A stretch of 64,000 nucleotides of DNA from Macrostomum lignano (lineage: Eukaryota). Shown piece after piece: positions 9,469 to 21,476 of this stretch. The stretch lies in contig NIVC01002387.1 of the NCBI GenBank assembly GCA_002269645.1, positions 62,001 to 126,000 of the forward strand, written 5' to 3'. Position numbers and translations under genes: made by a program. The notes below the pieces were generated by a model that was not told the DNA's origin, made no database searches, and saw nothing but the letters and a program-made list of their open reading frames with translations. How positions within the stretch are numbered: the first letter of the stretch is position 1; each line of letters starts with the position of its first letter.

Positions 9469-12400
9469 TCAGTACACCAGTACCCGCCGTTCTATAGGCT
9501 TCCTACAGATCGGACAGACTGTCATCTGGTCGCCGCAGTGCTGACAGGTGCCGTGGCCGCACAGGAACACCATGTTCTTCAGCCTGTCTAGACACACCGG
9601 GCAGCTGGTCTGTTCGCGAATGTCCAACAATTGCTGTTGAATCTTCTGCATCTCGCGCAGCGTGGCAGTCTGATCCGGCTGCCCATTGTTCATCATGCCC
9701 TGCTGACGGTTTCGCGGCGGACCGGCGGCGGCGGCGGCGGCAGCTGGCTGGGACGTCGAGGCAGACGCTGTGGCGGAATTCAAAGCTGCTGAAACTGCTG
9801 CCGCGGTAGAGGAAGAAACTGCGGAAGCAGAAGAGTTCGAAGCAGCTGCAGCGGAAGTGGAGCCAGCAGCAGATTTTTCAATGCCAAACAGGTGCTCGGC
9901 GCAGCAGACGCCGTAGGGCACGGATTCTTGAATAGGCTGCCGGCACTGCACGCACTTCTTCATCAGGCCTGCGATGCGGGGGGTGAAAAGAGTTAAATTA
10001 ATTAACAATACAAACATAATTTCCTCACTCAATGGATGCAGCATTAACTGTAGGTACAGCGTTGGCTTTGTTTTTCGTACATCTAAAACGGCCCTTTTAA
10101 CGGCCATTCAATCTATCTATCCATCTATCTATCTATCTATCAAACAATCTATCTACTTTTTCTACTGATTTAACAGATTCGAGTATTATACTCGAACTGA
10201 AGTTCACCAATAGTTTAATAAGTTGCTTAAAAAGTTAAAACGGCCCTTTTCAGGGCCACAGAAAATCGTGAACTGACCGTCGCGTGTAATTAATTTTCTT
10301 ATTGCTTAACTATTGCAGAAATTGCGACTTTTCATCTGATCTACCAAGATAAATTTAGTCTGTTTTGCCAGGGATTTGCACACAGACAAAATCTTAAAAA
10401 TCTAGCTTAAAATTGCAAAACGGCCCTTTTTAGGGCCATAAACAGAATTTCGCGCACTCACCGGCGCAGCCTTCGCAGGCGCACATGTGACCGCACGGCC
10501 GGAACAGCACAGCCGCTGGCCGGTCGCTGCACACTAGACACTCTTCAATCTTGGCCCGGCTAGTGATTGGCTCCTTGCAGATGAGGCACTTCTTAGCGCG
10601 GGCGGCGCACAGGCAGCAGCAGGCCACGTGGCCGCAGGGTCCGAATAGGCAGTCGCGCGGCTCGGAGCAGACCAGGCACTCGTTGGCGCCTGAGGATGCG
10701 GCAGCGGAGGTTGAGGCTACTCGGGCGCTGTGCTCGCGCTGGCACTTTGACAGAGCCTTGCACAGGTTGGGATCCGGGCACAGGTCCAGCGGCGTCTGGC
10801 CCTTCTTGTTCTTCAGGGTCAGGTCGGCACCGTTGGCCGCCAGGAAGCAGGCGATGGAGGCCAGGGATTTTTTGTCGCCGCTGTTTAAGCCGAGTCCCAT
10901 CAGCAATTTGCCAACGTCTTGCATGTCTTGCAGTTGGCGCAGCTGCGACAGCGTGTGATGCCGCAGAGCTTCGTGCAACGGCGTGTCGCCGTCTTTGTCG
11001 CGGACGCTGACGCTGGCGCCTTCGCGGACCAGCAGACGAACCACCTGGGCGTGCTGGCGCTCCACGGCCAGGTGCAGCGGGGTCTGGGATGGGGGATGCA
11101 GTGCGAGTATGTCAGCTTGTCTGTCTGTCTATTTTAAAGACACTGTCCTTTTGTCCTAATGTCTTGGTGTCTGTGTCCTACAGTCTTGGTGTCTTTGTGT
11201 CCTACTGTCTTGGTGTCTTTGTGTCCTACTGTCTTGGTGTCTTTGTGTCCTACTGTCTTGATGTCTTTGAGTCCTACTGTCTTGGTGTCTTTGTGTCCTA
11301 CTGTCTTGGTGTCTTTGTGTCCTACTGTCTTGGTGTCTTTGTGTCCTACTGTCTTGATGTCTTTGAGTCCTACTGTCTTGGTGTCTTTGTGTCCTACTGT
11401 CTTGGTGTCTTTGTGTCCTACTGTCTTGGTGTCTTTGTGGCCTTCTGCCTTGGTGTCTGCGTGTCCTACTGTCTTGGTGTCTGTGTCCTACTACCTTAGC
11501 GCCTGTGTCCTGTCTTGGTGGCTGTGTCCTACTGGTGGTTTTTGTGTTCTGTCTGTCGCAGCAGTCAGCAGGCCTCCCAGTCACGCAGAGCTTACTCAAT
11601 GCGTACCTGCATATTGACATTCTGTGTGTCCAGACAGGCCCCGCCGAGTTGTACGAGCAGTTCGCACACCTCCAGATGATTATTCAAAGCGGCCAGATGC
11701 AAGGCTGTATAGCCATCGTCTTTTCGCTCATCAACTAGCCATTGCCGCTGCAGTTTAGTCAGCAGGATCTTCATCGCCCTGCAAACAGAGCAAAGTTAGA
11801 TAAAAAACAGAGTGCAGGACTAGAGGGTTGGAATGGAACGAGAGTTCGTGCTAGGGTAAAGAGGAAGAGACCGACGAATTTTCCCCGACTCGATCCAATG
11901 GGATGCAAGGGAGGGAGAACGAGCAGGAGGGCTCATCCAGAGCAACACATATAACTGTGAGCTCGCATAGCATAGCCATAATATCAGATTTGGCGAAAAT
12001 ACACGCTAGACAAGCCGGTCAGAAGCGGCAGCACGGCAATAGGAAGGTAAGGCTAGGACCGGGCACAAGCACTGCAGCAAAGCGCATTCCCTCATTACTG
12101 TTTTCGCGTCTTCCTCTCTTTTTTTGCTTCCTCATTTCTGTCTGCCGTCTTTGTCCGCTAGCGCAGCCGCACCCCCAGACCTGCGTGAATCAGCAGCAGC
12201 AGCAGCAGCAGTTCCGCAGAATAGAAAGAATTCCAAAAGCAGATGCTACAAGACGGATCCGAAGCCTAACCTTTTCCCCGCGAACACCCTCAGCCCCAGC
12301 CAGGGTGAATGGCATCATAAATGCAGCTGGGGAATATGGGGAGAAAGCGAGCCCCTTTCCCCTTGGGGGGCAGGGTGGATCCTCGCACGGGATGGGTGAT

Positions 12401-13745
12401 GGCCTTTTCTGAATGCCCCGCTGACCCACAAACTGCCGCTCTACCTTTGCCTACCTCTGCTGCCGATTCATTCCTAAACTTCCCCATCCCCCCCCCCATG
12501 GCGCAATGGACCCCATCACTCCTATCCCTCTCCCAAGTTCCTCTCCCCAACGCATTTTTGCGTTTCGACAAAGCGACGGCCATAGCCTGCCATGCGGCCA
12601 GACGCAATAAATAGGCAGAACCTAAGCTGGGGCGCGGATCCCCAATACCAAAGCCCCTTCAGCCTCAACCCCATCACCCCCCTTCGTTTCCTCGAATATC
12701 AGCCCCCCTCCCCACAGTTCGAAAGTATAAAAGCGGCACCAGCAACCCGGCCGGTGCCACTTCAGCGCTCGCGGTCCGTCTTACTTATAAGCTAAGCCCA
12801 TTCTTTTTGCCTTCAGCAGTTTGGAATCGTTACCACGGGACCATGCTTCTTTGCATAGACATGCGGCCAGCTGTAAGAGAATTTTCCGAACCAAACCTTC
12901 GCTTGCGAAGCTCGGAAGTTCTTTTTTTAAATAGCCCGACAACTCAAGCTGGATAGAGTAGTCCAGATAGGGGACAATTCGCGGCCAATTATAGTCACGA
13001 ATTTTGTTCCCTTATTTGAGCTACAATATCTACTGTTGCTTTGAGTTTCGGGCCCAGCATTCAGCAAGCCATGGAATGTAAAGAAGTATGTTCTTTGTGT
13101 AACTTCGATCATCAACACGAGAGACCCGGCATGCTTTTGTTCTTGTATGCATCTAAGTGGAGGATAACATACAGTGGGGATTAGGCCAGACGCTAGCTCA
13201 GACACAGTTAGACAGAGAAGAGACAGGCAAAACTGAGAAGGACTCAGGGGCATCCCCACTGTAGGGGAGCAAAAATTAGCATTGGCCGAATTTGGGAAGC
13301 CAGTTAGCTACCCGGCCTAGCAGCAAGCAGAGAGCCCAATGTTGAAGAAGCAAAACTTGAGGGATATGCAGATTGGGGATCGACGGCGAAGGGAAGGCTA
13401 CGATTCGAAAGAAGGGAAGACAGAGGCAGAGAGAGAGGGGAGGCGAGCGAAGGCCGCGCGCAGATCGATAAAAGGGGATCGGGGCATTCGGACGGGATTC
13501 GGGACGAGCAAGCGGACGAGATGAGGAATAGGAAAATGGGAGCTATAGCTGAGAGTATGCGTCTATCAGGATCTCTCGCAACTGTGTCCAGAAATCGCAC
13601 CGACCGACAGAACCCCCCCCTCCCGCCGCCTAAGCCCGAAAATTCGCAGCAGCAGCCGCAGCCACCACAGCTGCTTCATCACGCGTTCGCCCGCTCGCGC
13701 ATTCGTTCATTAAGCATGCCAGCGCCCTCCGTGCCCACCTCCCTT

Positions 13746-13784
<39 letters not shown>

Positions 13785-14617
13785 GTCCATTCCTTTTTCC
13801 CTAGAGGCGGCATCTTTCCCGGGGCAGGAGCCCCCCCCCCACTCCGCAGCCTTCTCCTTAGTCATTCCATACGCCACAGCCTCGGGCCCGGAATATTTGC
13901 ACATTTCGGTTACCGCTATCAATGCTCCTATCTCCAATACACATCTGCGTGTGCCAAGCCGACAGTCTAGCACACGCCGGACAACGAAAAGCGCATGTGT
14001 TGGGTTAGGTAGTGGATAATAGCAAGATTTGCAGGAAGCCTGCGCTTGACCCTGGCGCAACGCGGCGCTGAGATAATGGGATTATATAAAGGGATAAAGG
14101 GATTATTGAGGAAAAATCATCCCTTAGCTACCCTGATCAGCTAGATCTCGGGCCGCCCAGGTAAATTCTACAGGCATTTGGAAACAAATTGCATGCGATA
14201 TGAATTGACCCACTAGACCGGATAACAGCTACAAGAGATTGCTCTTTGCGAGCGAAACAAACATTTTATCTTGCTACGCCAGGCCAGAAGCAATGCCTGC
14301 TTGATTTATCAATAAAGCGATTGCATCATCGGCAGCGAGGCGGACCCTGATAGAAAAATCGAACATTATTACGTAATCATTTACAAGGCCTACTACTATC
14401 CTTCCTACTACTTAACTCGAAAAACTTTAGGGTGACTGCATGGCCATCACTTACTAGTTGAAGCCTCCCAGTAACACTTGAAAGAGAAAGCCAGCTATCT
14501 TAGTCATCATTTGTAGATAGGAGAATAAAATAACGGGCCATAGCAACTGCAGCTTCAGAGCTTCATCAGTCAGTTAGCATAGCAGCAATCTTGCGCATAG
14601 CTGATCTATACAAAAGC

Positions 14618-14649
<32 letters not shown>

Positions 14650-17600
14650 CGTACGAAGGCATGCAGCCAGTTGCTGGGCTAGCTGCACCAGTGCCGATAA
14701 GGACGCCCACACACAAGCGCGCATATATTATGAACCCCGATCGCCAGCCTAACCCGCCAGAAATCGGCTCGATTCGAACCGAGACGGGCAGCAACAGCAG
14801 CGCGGAAGCCATTAAGCAACGCTTTCCCCAACCCGCTCCCATTAGAGAGAACCATAACTTGCCCCCCTACTCCCCTCCCCCCTTAGAAACCGCATGGAAA
14901 CAGTGGACTAGTTTCCATGCGGTTTCAAAATAGGGATTTTGTGGCTATTCATTTCACAGCTCCTCTATACATCCGCACAGGAAGACGTAGTAGAGATGAA
15001 AGATGAGAGTGGAGAGAGGGAAGAATAACCCTCAGACCCCAATGCACTGATGCGGTAACGTAGATGTTTAAGCAAAATAAGTGCCGATATATCGATATTT
15101 CGAATTACTTTATATTTTTCCTCAGGCTAATGAGAGTAGATGAGAGAGATGAGAGAGAGAGATGAGACACGAACCTTAAGCGGGCCGGAGTTTGCTGACT
15201 AAATATGAAAAATGCTCCACCATTTCAAGTGGTGGATTACTAATTGGAATTTTACTAACTAGAATCTATTCATATCAAATTTACACTACTTTAAGTAGGA
15301 AAAAAGCAAATTATACGCAATACTTACGCTGGATTGCCGCGCAGAGCTGTATGATGCAGCACGTTGAATCCGTCATTGTTGCACACGCTCAAGTCTGCAC
15401 CGTGCTCAAGCAGCAGAGCCAGAACGTCTTCGCGTCGTTTAGAAACAGCGTCGTGCAACGGCGTGTCCCCGTCCGCGTCCTGCAGGCTGGGCAGGGCGCC
15501 GCAGGCTAGCAGGGCCAGGACAACGCCGGCGTGGCCTTTATTAACGGCTATGTGCAGCGGCGTCTGGCGTCGGCGATTGCGCGCATTGATATCGGCGCCG
15601 CGTCGGTGCAGCAGGCGGACCAGCTCGGCCTGGTCGCCGAATGCGGCGTGGTGAACAGCCTGGTCGCCGTCGCGATCTTCGGCCTTCGAAAATTAATGAA
15701 AAAAATCGTGATTCATTCGAAATGGTGTATGGGGGCTCAGATGACAGTCTGCTCCAACTGAAACAGTCTGTTCTGTTCCGTCTGACACCCTGACAGTCTG
15801 CTCCAACTGAAACAGTCTGTTCTGTTCCGTCTGACACCCTGACAGTCTGCTCCAACTGAAACAGTCTGTTCTGTTCCAGTCTGACACCCTGACAGTCTGC
15901 TCCAACTGAAACAGTCTGTTCTGTTCCGTCTGACACCCTGACAGTCTGCTCCAACTGAAACAGTCTGTTCTGTTCCAGTCTGACACCCTGACAGTCTGCT
16001 CCAACTGAAACAGTCTGTTCTGTTCCAGTCTGACACCCTGACAGTCTGCTCTGTTCCAGTCTGACCCCTGACAGTCTGTTCTGTTCCAGTCTGACCCCTG
16101 ACAGTCTGCTCCATCTGACAGTCTGTTCTGTTCCGTCTGACACCCTGACAGTCTGCTCCAACTGAAACAGTCTGTTCTGTTCCAGTCTGACACCTGACAG
16201 TCTGTTCTGTTCCAGTCTGACCCCTGACAGTCTGTTCTGTTCCAGTCTGACCCCTGACAGTCTGCTCCATCTGACAGTCTGTTCTGTTCCGTCTGACACC
16301 CTGACAGTCTGCTCCAACTGAAACAGTCTGTTCTGTTCCAGTCTGACCCCTGACAGTCTGTTCTGTTCCAGTCTGACCCCTGACAGTCTGTTCTGTTCCA
16401 GTCTGACCCCTGACAGTCTGCTCCATCTGACAGTCTGTTCTGTTCCGTCTGACACCCTGACAGTCTGCTCCATCTGACACAGTCTGTTCTGTTCCAGTCT
16501 GACACCCTGACAGTCTGCTCCATCTGACAGTCTGTTCTGTTCCGTCTGACACCCTGACAGTCTGCTCCATCTGACAGTCTGTTCTGTTCCGTCTGACACC
16601 CTGACAGTCTGCTGCATCTGACACAGTCTGTTCTGTTCCAGTCTGACACCCTGACAGTCTGTTCTGTTCCGTCTGACACCCTGACAGTCTGCTCCAACTG
16701 ACAGTCTGTTCTGTTCCAGTCTGATACCCTGACAGTCTCTTCTGTTCCGTCTGACACCCTGACAGTCTGCTCCAACTGACAGTCTGTTCTGTTCCAGTCT
16801 GACCCCTGACAGTCTGCTCCAACTGACAGTCTGTTCTGTTCCGTCTGACACCCTGACAGTCTGCTCCAACTGACAGTCTGTTCTGTTCCAGTCTGACCCC
16901 TGACAGTCTGCTCCATCTGACAGTCTGTTCTGTTCCGTCTGACACCCTGACAGTCTGCTCCATCTGACACAGTTTGTTCTGTTCCGTCTGACACCCTGAC
17001 AGTCTGCTCCAACTGACAGTCTGTTCTGTTCAAGTCTGACACCCTGACAGTCTGTTCTGTTCCGTCTGACACCCTGACAGTCTGCTCCAACTGAGAGTCT
17101 GTTCTGTTCCAGTCTGACCCCCTGAGTCTGCTCCATCTGACAGTCTGTTCTGTTCCAGTCTGACACCCTGACAGTCTGCTCCATCTGACACAGTCTGTTC
17201 TGTTCCAGTCTGACACCCTGACAGTCTGCTGCATCTGACACAGTCTGTTCTGTTCCAGTCTGACACCCTGACAGTCTGCTGCATCTGACACAGTCTGTTC
17301 TGTTCCAGTCTGACACCCTGACAGTCTGCTCCATCTGACACAGTCTGTTCCATTTGACAGTCTTCTGTCGGTTTTATCAGATACAGTCTTTCCAGGGTGT
17401 CGGGCACAACATAGCAGACGAGAAAGTTGGAACATACTGTGTCAGAAGGAACACACTGTGTCGTCAGATGGATCAGACAATATCAGATGAAACACAATCC
17501 GCCACTAAGTGAGAAAATCTGGATTTGGAAGCATTAAGAAAGTTTTACCTGAAGATTGGCGCCCCGATCGATAAGCAGCCGTGCGGCAGCAATGTGGCCG

Positions 17601-20600
17601 TTCTGCGACGCCGCCTGCAGCGCCGTGTGACCAGCGTAGATGGCGTTCGCATCAGCTGTAGGAGCCGCCGAGACTGCACGTTGCTGCTGCCGCTGCGGCG
17701 AGGACGAAGCCGACGATCGTCCAGCGCCCAGCAGCTCCTGCAGCCGGGACAGATCACCGTTAGCCGCCGCTTTCACCAGCTCTTCGCTCGGATCAATGAC
17801 TCGGCCGTCACCGCTGCCTTCCGCGCTGCCGCCGCCGGCGCCTCCGCCGCTGCCGCAGCCGCCGACATGCTCTTGGAATAGCTTCTTCAACAGGTTCGAC
17901 AGCCGCTCACCAGACTGCGGCGAGTCGGGCACGCCGCCGCCGCTGCCCGAAGCCGACGAGACGCCGGCGGCGCCACCCGACGACGAGCCGCTGGAAGCAG
18001 CGCCGCCGCCATTGAAGTTGATGCCGCCGGACTCTGGCGGGCAGGGGGCCAGACAGCCGGGGCTCAGCGTCATCACACTGCCGCACACGTCAACCTGGAT
18101 TATGGATTAACAAGGGGCAACTGACAACTGAACACTAGTACCCCGGAACTGAACACTAGCAACCCGGAACTGAACCGTAGCAACCGGAGAAAGAACCCTA
18201 GCAACCAGCAGAAATAGAACCCTAGCAACCAGCAGAAATAGAACCCTAGCAACCAGGAAAAGAACCCTAGCAACCAGAAATAGAAACCTAGCCTAGCAAC
18301 CAGAAATAGAACCCTAGCAACCAGAAATAGAACCCTAGCAACCAGCAGAAATAGAACCCTAGCAACCAGCAGAAATAGAACCCTAGCAACCAGCAGAAAT
18401 AGAACCCTAGAAACCAGAAATAGAACCCTAGCAACCAGAAATAGAACCCTAGCAACCAGAAAAAAACCCTAGCGACCAACAGAAATAGAACCCTAGCAAC
18501 CAGAAATAGAACCCTAGCGACCAGCAGAAATAGAACCCTAGCAACCAGAAATAGAACCCTAGCAACCAGCAGAAATAGAACCCTAGCAACCAGCAGAAAT
18601 AGAACCCTAGCAACCAGCAGAAATAGAACCCTAGCAACCAGAAATAGAATCCTAGCAACCAGAAATAGAACCCTAGCAACCAGAAGTAGAATCCTAGCAA
18701 CCAGAAATAGAACCCTAGCAACCAGAAATAGAACCCTAGCAACCCGGAAGCCGGTCATGCCGATTCCACTGACCCTGAGAACGCACACGAAAAAGTACGT
18801 TGGCATGCGCTCACACAGGGTGTACAGCGGCGTTGATTTTCTCAACATCAGGCATGTGCACATGTACACCTGGTGTCTATTAGTGTTGACTCGTGAATCG
18901 CACGGAATCGAACCCAGGGTACTTTTTTAACCGCTGAGCTACGGAACTCTGACCCATAGTACTATCAGTAGTAATAATACGACATACGCAACTAAACAAG
19001 GCCCGAACCTGAACGTCTCCATCGGAGCGCACTCGGACAACGCGACCAACCCGACCCCGACCGTTGCCCAGCAACTGCTGCTGCTGGTCGGAGCCGCTGG
19101 ACGTCGTCGCCAGCACTCGGACCAAATCGCCTGGCGACAGCGCCAGCGGCACCGACTGCGGCAGATTCGGCGTCACTGGCAGCAGCGTCGTAGCGTAAAC
19201 GGAACTGGCGCCTCCACCCGCGCCGCTTCCTCCGCCGCCGCCGCCACCAACTGCGGCGCGAAGCCTTCGGGCGGAAGCGGACGGGTCCGGGATGAGGCAG
19301 AGAGCGGCCGGGTTCAGCGTCCACCGGTTGCCGCTGGGATAAGAGACCACAGCGTCGCCGTCTTCGTCCACGCCAACGATAGAGCCGACAGTGTCGACGC
19401 ATTCGGACATGGCCGGGGACCAGCCGCCGTGGGTTCGTTGAAGGCGTTGAAGTGTGTCGGTGGACACGGCGACGCGTACCCGGTCGCCCGGCTGGAACGC
19501 GCACAGCTCCATGTGGGGACAGGCGCTAGGACAACCGGCGGAGCCGCCGCCCAGCTCCAGACTGGCCGAGGTGGACGACGCTGCCGAGGTGTCCGAATTG
19601 GGCGGCCGGTTTATTTCGCCTATGGAAACAGTTGAATTTAAAATGAGGGATTATATTAGCATCAGACTACTTTCAGTAGGTATTTTGCATTAAACTTAAT
19701 TTTCAATACAGTAAGTAAATAAGCGGTAACCGAGGAGGATATATAGGATTCTAAAAATCAATAATGAGACTATTCTTTTGATGGCTAGAGAGAGATTATT
19801 GAGGTGGCTAGAGGGAGATTACTGAGGTGGCTAGAGGGAGATTACTGAGGTGGCTAGAGGGAGATTATTGAGGTGGCTAGAGGAAGATTACTGAGATGGC
19901 TAGAGGGAGATTATTGAGGTGGCTAGAGGGAGATTACTGAGGTGGCTAGAGGGAGATTATTGAGGTGGCTAGAGGAAGATTACTGAGATGGCTAGAGGGA
20001 GATTATTGAGGTGGCTAGAGGGAGATTACTGAGGTGGCTAGAGGGAGATTATTGAGGTGGCTAGAGGAAGATTACTGAGATGGCTAGAGGGAGATTATTG
20101 AGGTGGCTAGAGGGAGATTACTGAGATGGCTAGAGGGAGATTACTGAGATGGCTAGAAGGAGATTACTGAGATGGGTAGAAGGAGATTACTGAGATGGGT
20201 AGAGGGAGATTACTGAGGTGGCTAGAGGGAGATTACTGAGCTGGCTAGAGGGAGATTACTGAGATGGCTAGAGAGAGATTACTGAGATGGCTAGAGGGAG
20301 ATTATTGAGGTGGCTAGAGGGAGATTACTGAGATGACTAGAGGGAGATTACTGAGATGACTAGAGGGAGATTACTGAGATGGCTAGAGGAAGATTACTGA
20401 GGTGGCTAGAGGGAGATTATTGAGGTGGCTAGAGGGAGATTACTGAGGTGGCTAGAGGGAGATTACTGAGATGGCTAGAGGGAGATTATTGAGGTGGCTA
20501 GAGGGAGATTATTGAGGTGGCTAGAGGGAGATTATTGAGGTGGCTAGAGGGAGATTACTGAGCTGGCTAGAGGGAGATTATTGAGGTGGCTAGAGGGAGA

Positions 20601-21476
20601 TTACTGAGATGGCTAGATGGAGATTATTGAGGTGGCTACAAGTGTTCTAGACGTGGCATATACGAGCATATTTGTTTAAAAAAGCTGAATTGCGATTCTC
20701 AATGTTTCCTATTTGCACACATTAGGAGCTACATCTGCCTTACCTAGCAGCGGCAGATGGTCTCTATAATAGGCGAATGCTTTAGCCTCGGACACCACTC
20801 GCAGGTCAACCATGCCCTCGTAGCCAACCCTATAGAGATTTTTAACTCCGCTATCCCAGAGCACGTAGGCGGCCGACCTCGGCGCATCCGGGCACCAGTC
20901 CTGCACCTCGGTGACCTTGCCCCGCTTCCCGCTGCCGCCGTCCTGATCCTCCCATTGCCAGTCGACGCCGCGTACAACCCTAGCGCCGGGGAACAGGCCT
21001 CGGCAGGTGTATTTCTTAGCTCGCCGACGGGAGTCGCACCAGACTGGCTCGGCTAGCGGGTGCACAAATTGAAAGAATCTGTGCCTAGTGGAGTGCTTGT
21101 CGCCGTGATAGCAGGCTGAGCACAGGGATACGCCATTGCAATCGGCGCAGGCCCATCGGACGCCATACAGCGGCCTGGCGCCGCACTCGTCGCAGCTGAA
21201 ACAGTCCTCGTGTACAACGCCAGCTGGCCCATTGTCAAGGACGCGCAGGTCATAGGCGCCTGAGCAGCGATAATTAGCGGCGGTGCCATTGTCCCAAACT
21301 ACAACGACTTCTTCTGGGCTTTCGAAATTGCGCACAGTGCCAACGCTGCCCTCGCCGCCGTCCTGTTTGGCCCATTTCCAGTGGGGCCCGCGGACAACCC
21401 GACTGCCGACGCCCAGCTGCATAGTGGCAGTCAATAGTAGGTCGCCGGAGCCCGACATGAAAGAGGCATGCGACAT
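9469..21476 (-). CDS. mib1: Mind bomb E3 ubiquitin ligase, 7 exons (21476-20744, 19619-19009, 18094-17549, 15683-15328, 11778-11607, 11083-10462, 9968-9469), about 1179 aa
   Basis: Domain order is MIB_HERC2 ([13 protein letters not shown]), ZZ finger, second MIB_HERC2 ([12 protein letters not shown]), Mib repeats ([16 protein letters not shown]), ankyrin repeats ([28 protein letters not shown]) and three RING fingers (ending [25 protein letters not shown]). All junctions are GT-AG and phase-consistent (total 3540 nt). The start codon could instead be the ATG at 21422. Confidence 0.95.
11160..11540. repeat. Minisatellite, 24 bp unit (gtgtcctactgtcttggtgtcttt), in mib1 intron 5
   Basis: Period seen directly. 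Confidence 0.9.
14886..14926. other. Perfect 16 bp inverted repeat (hairpin) in mib1 intron 4
   Basis: gaaaccgcatggaaac-agtggacta-gtttccatgcggtttc. Confidence 0.85.
15740..17360. repeat. Compound minisatellite, about 48-50 bp units built on cagtctg sub-repeats, in mib1 intron 3
   Basis: cagtctgttctgttccagtctgacaccctgacagtctgctccaactgaaa repeated with variants; source of the 400-600 aa spurious ORFs. Confidence 0.92.
18150..18750. repeat. Minisatellite, 21/24 bp unit (aaatagaaccctagcaaccag[cag]), in mib1 intron 2
   Basis: Period seen directly; contains the telomere-like word aaccctag. Confidence 0.9.
18893..18948 (-). mobile_element. tRNA-derived SINE-like fragment (A box and B box, internally shortened)
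   Basis: Minus strand reads tagctcagcggtt...ctgggttcgattcc, i.e. Pol III A and B boxes without a full cloverleaf. Confidence 0.45.
19790..20640. repeat. Minisatellite, 23 bp unit (gaggtggctagagggagattact), in mib1 intron 1
   Basis: Period seen directly, about 36 copies. Confidence 0.92.

Noticed and set aside
15541-17435. 400-600 aa ORFs on the minus strand
   Set aside because: Translations of the intronic minisatellite lying between phase-consistent mib1 exons.
18150-18750. Interstitial telomere (aaccctag words)
   Set aside because: The word is embedded in a 21/24 bp unit; there are no tandem TTAGGG runs.
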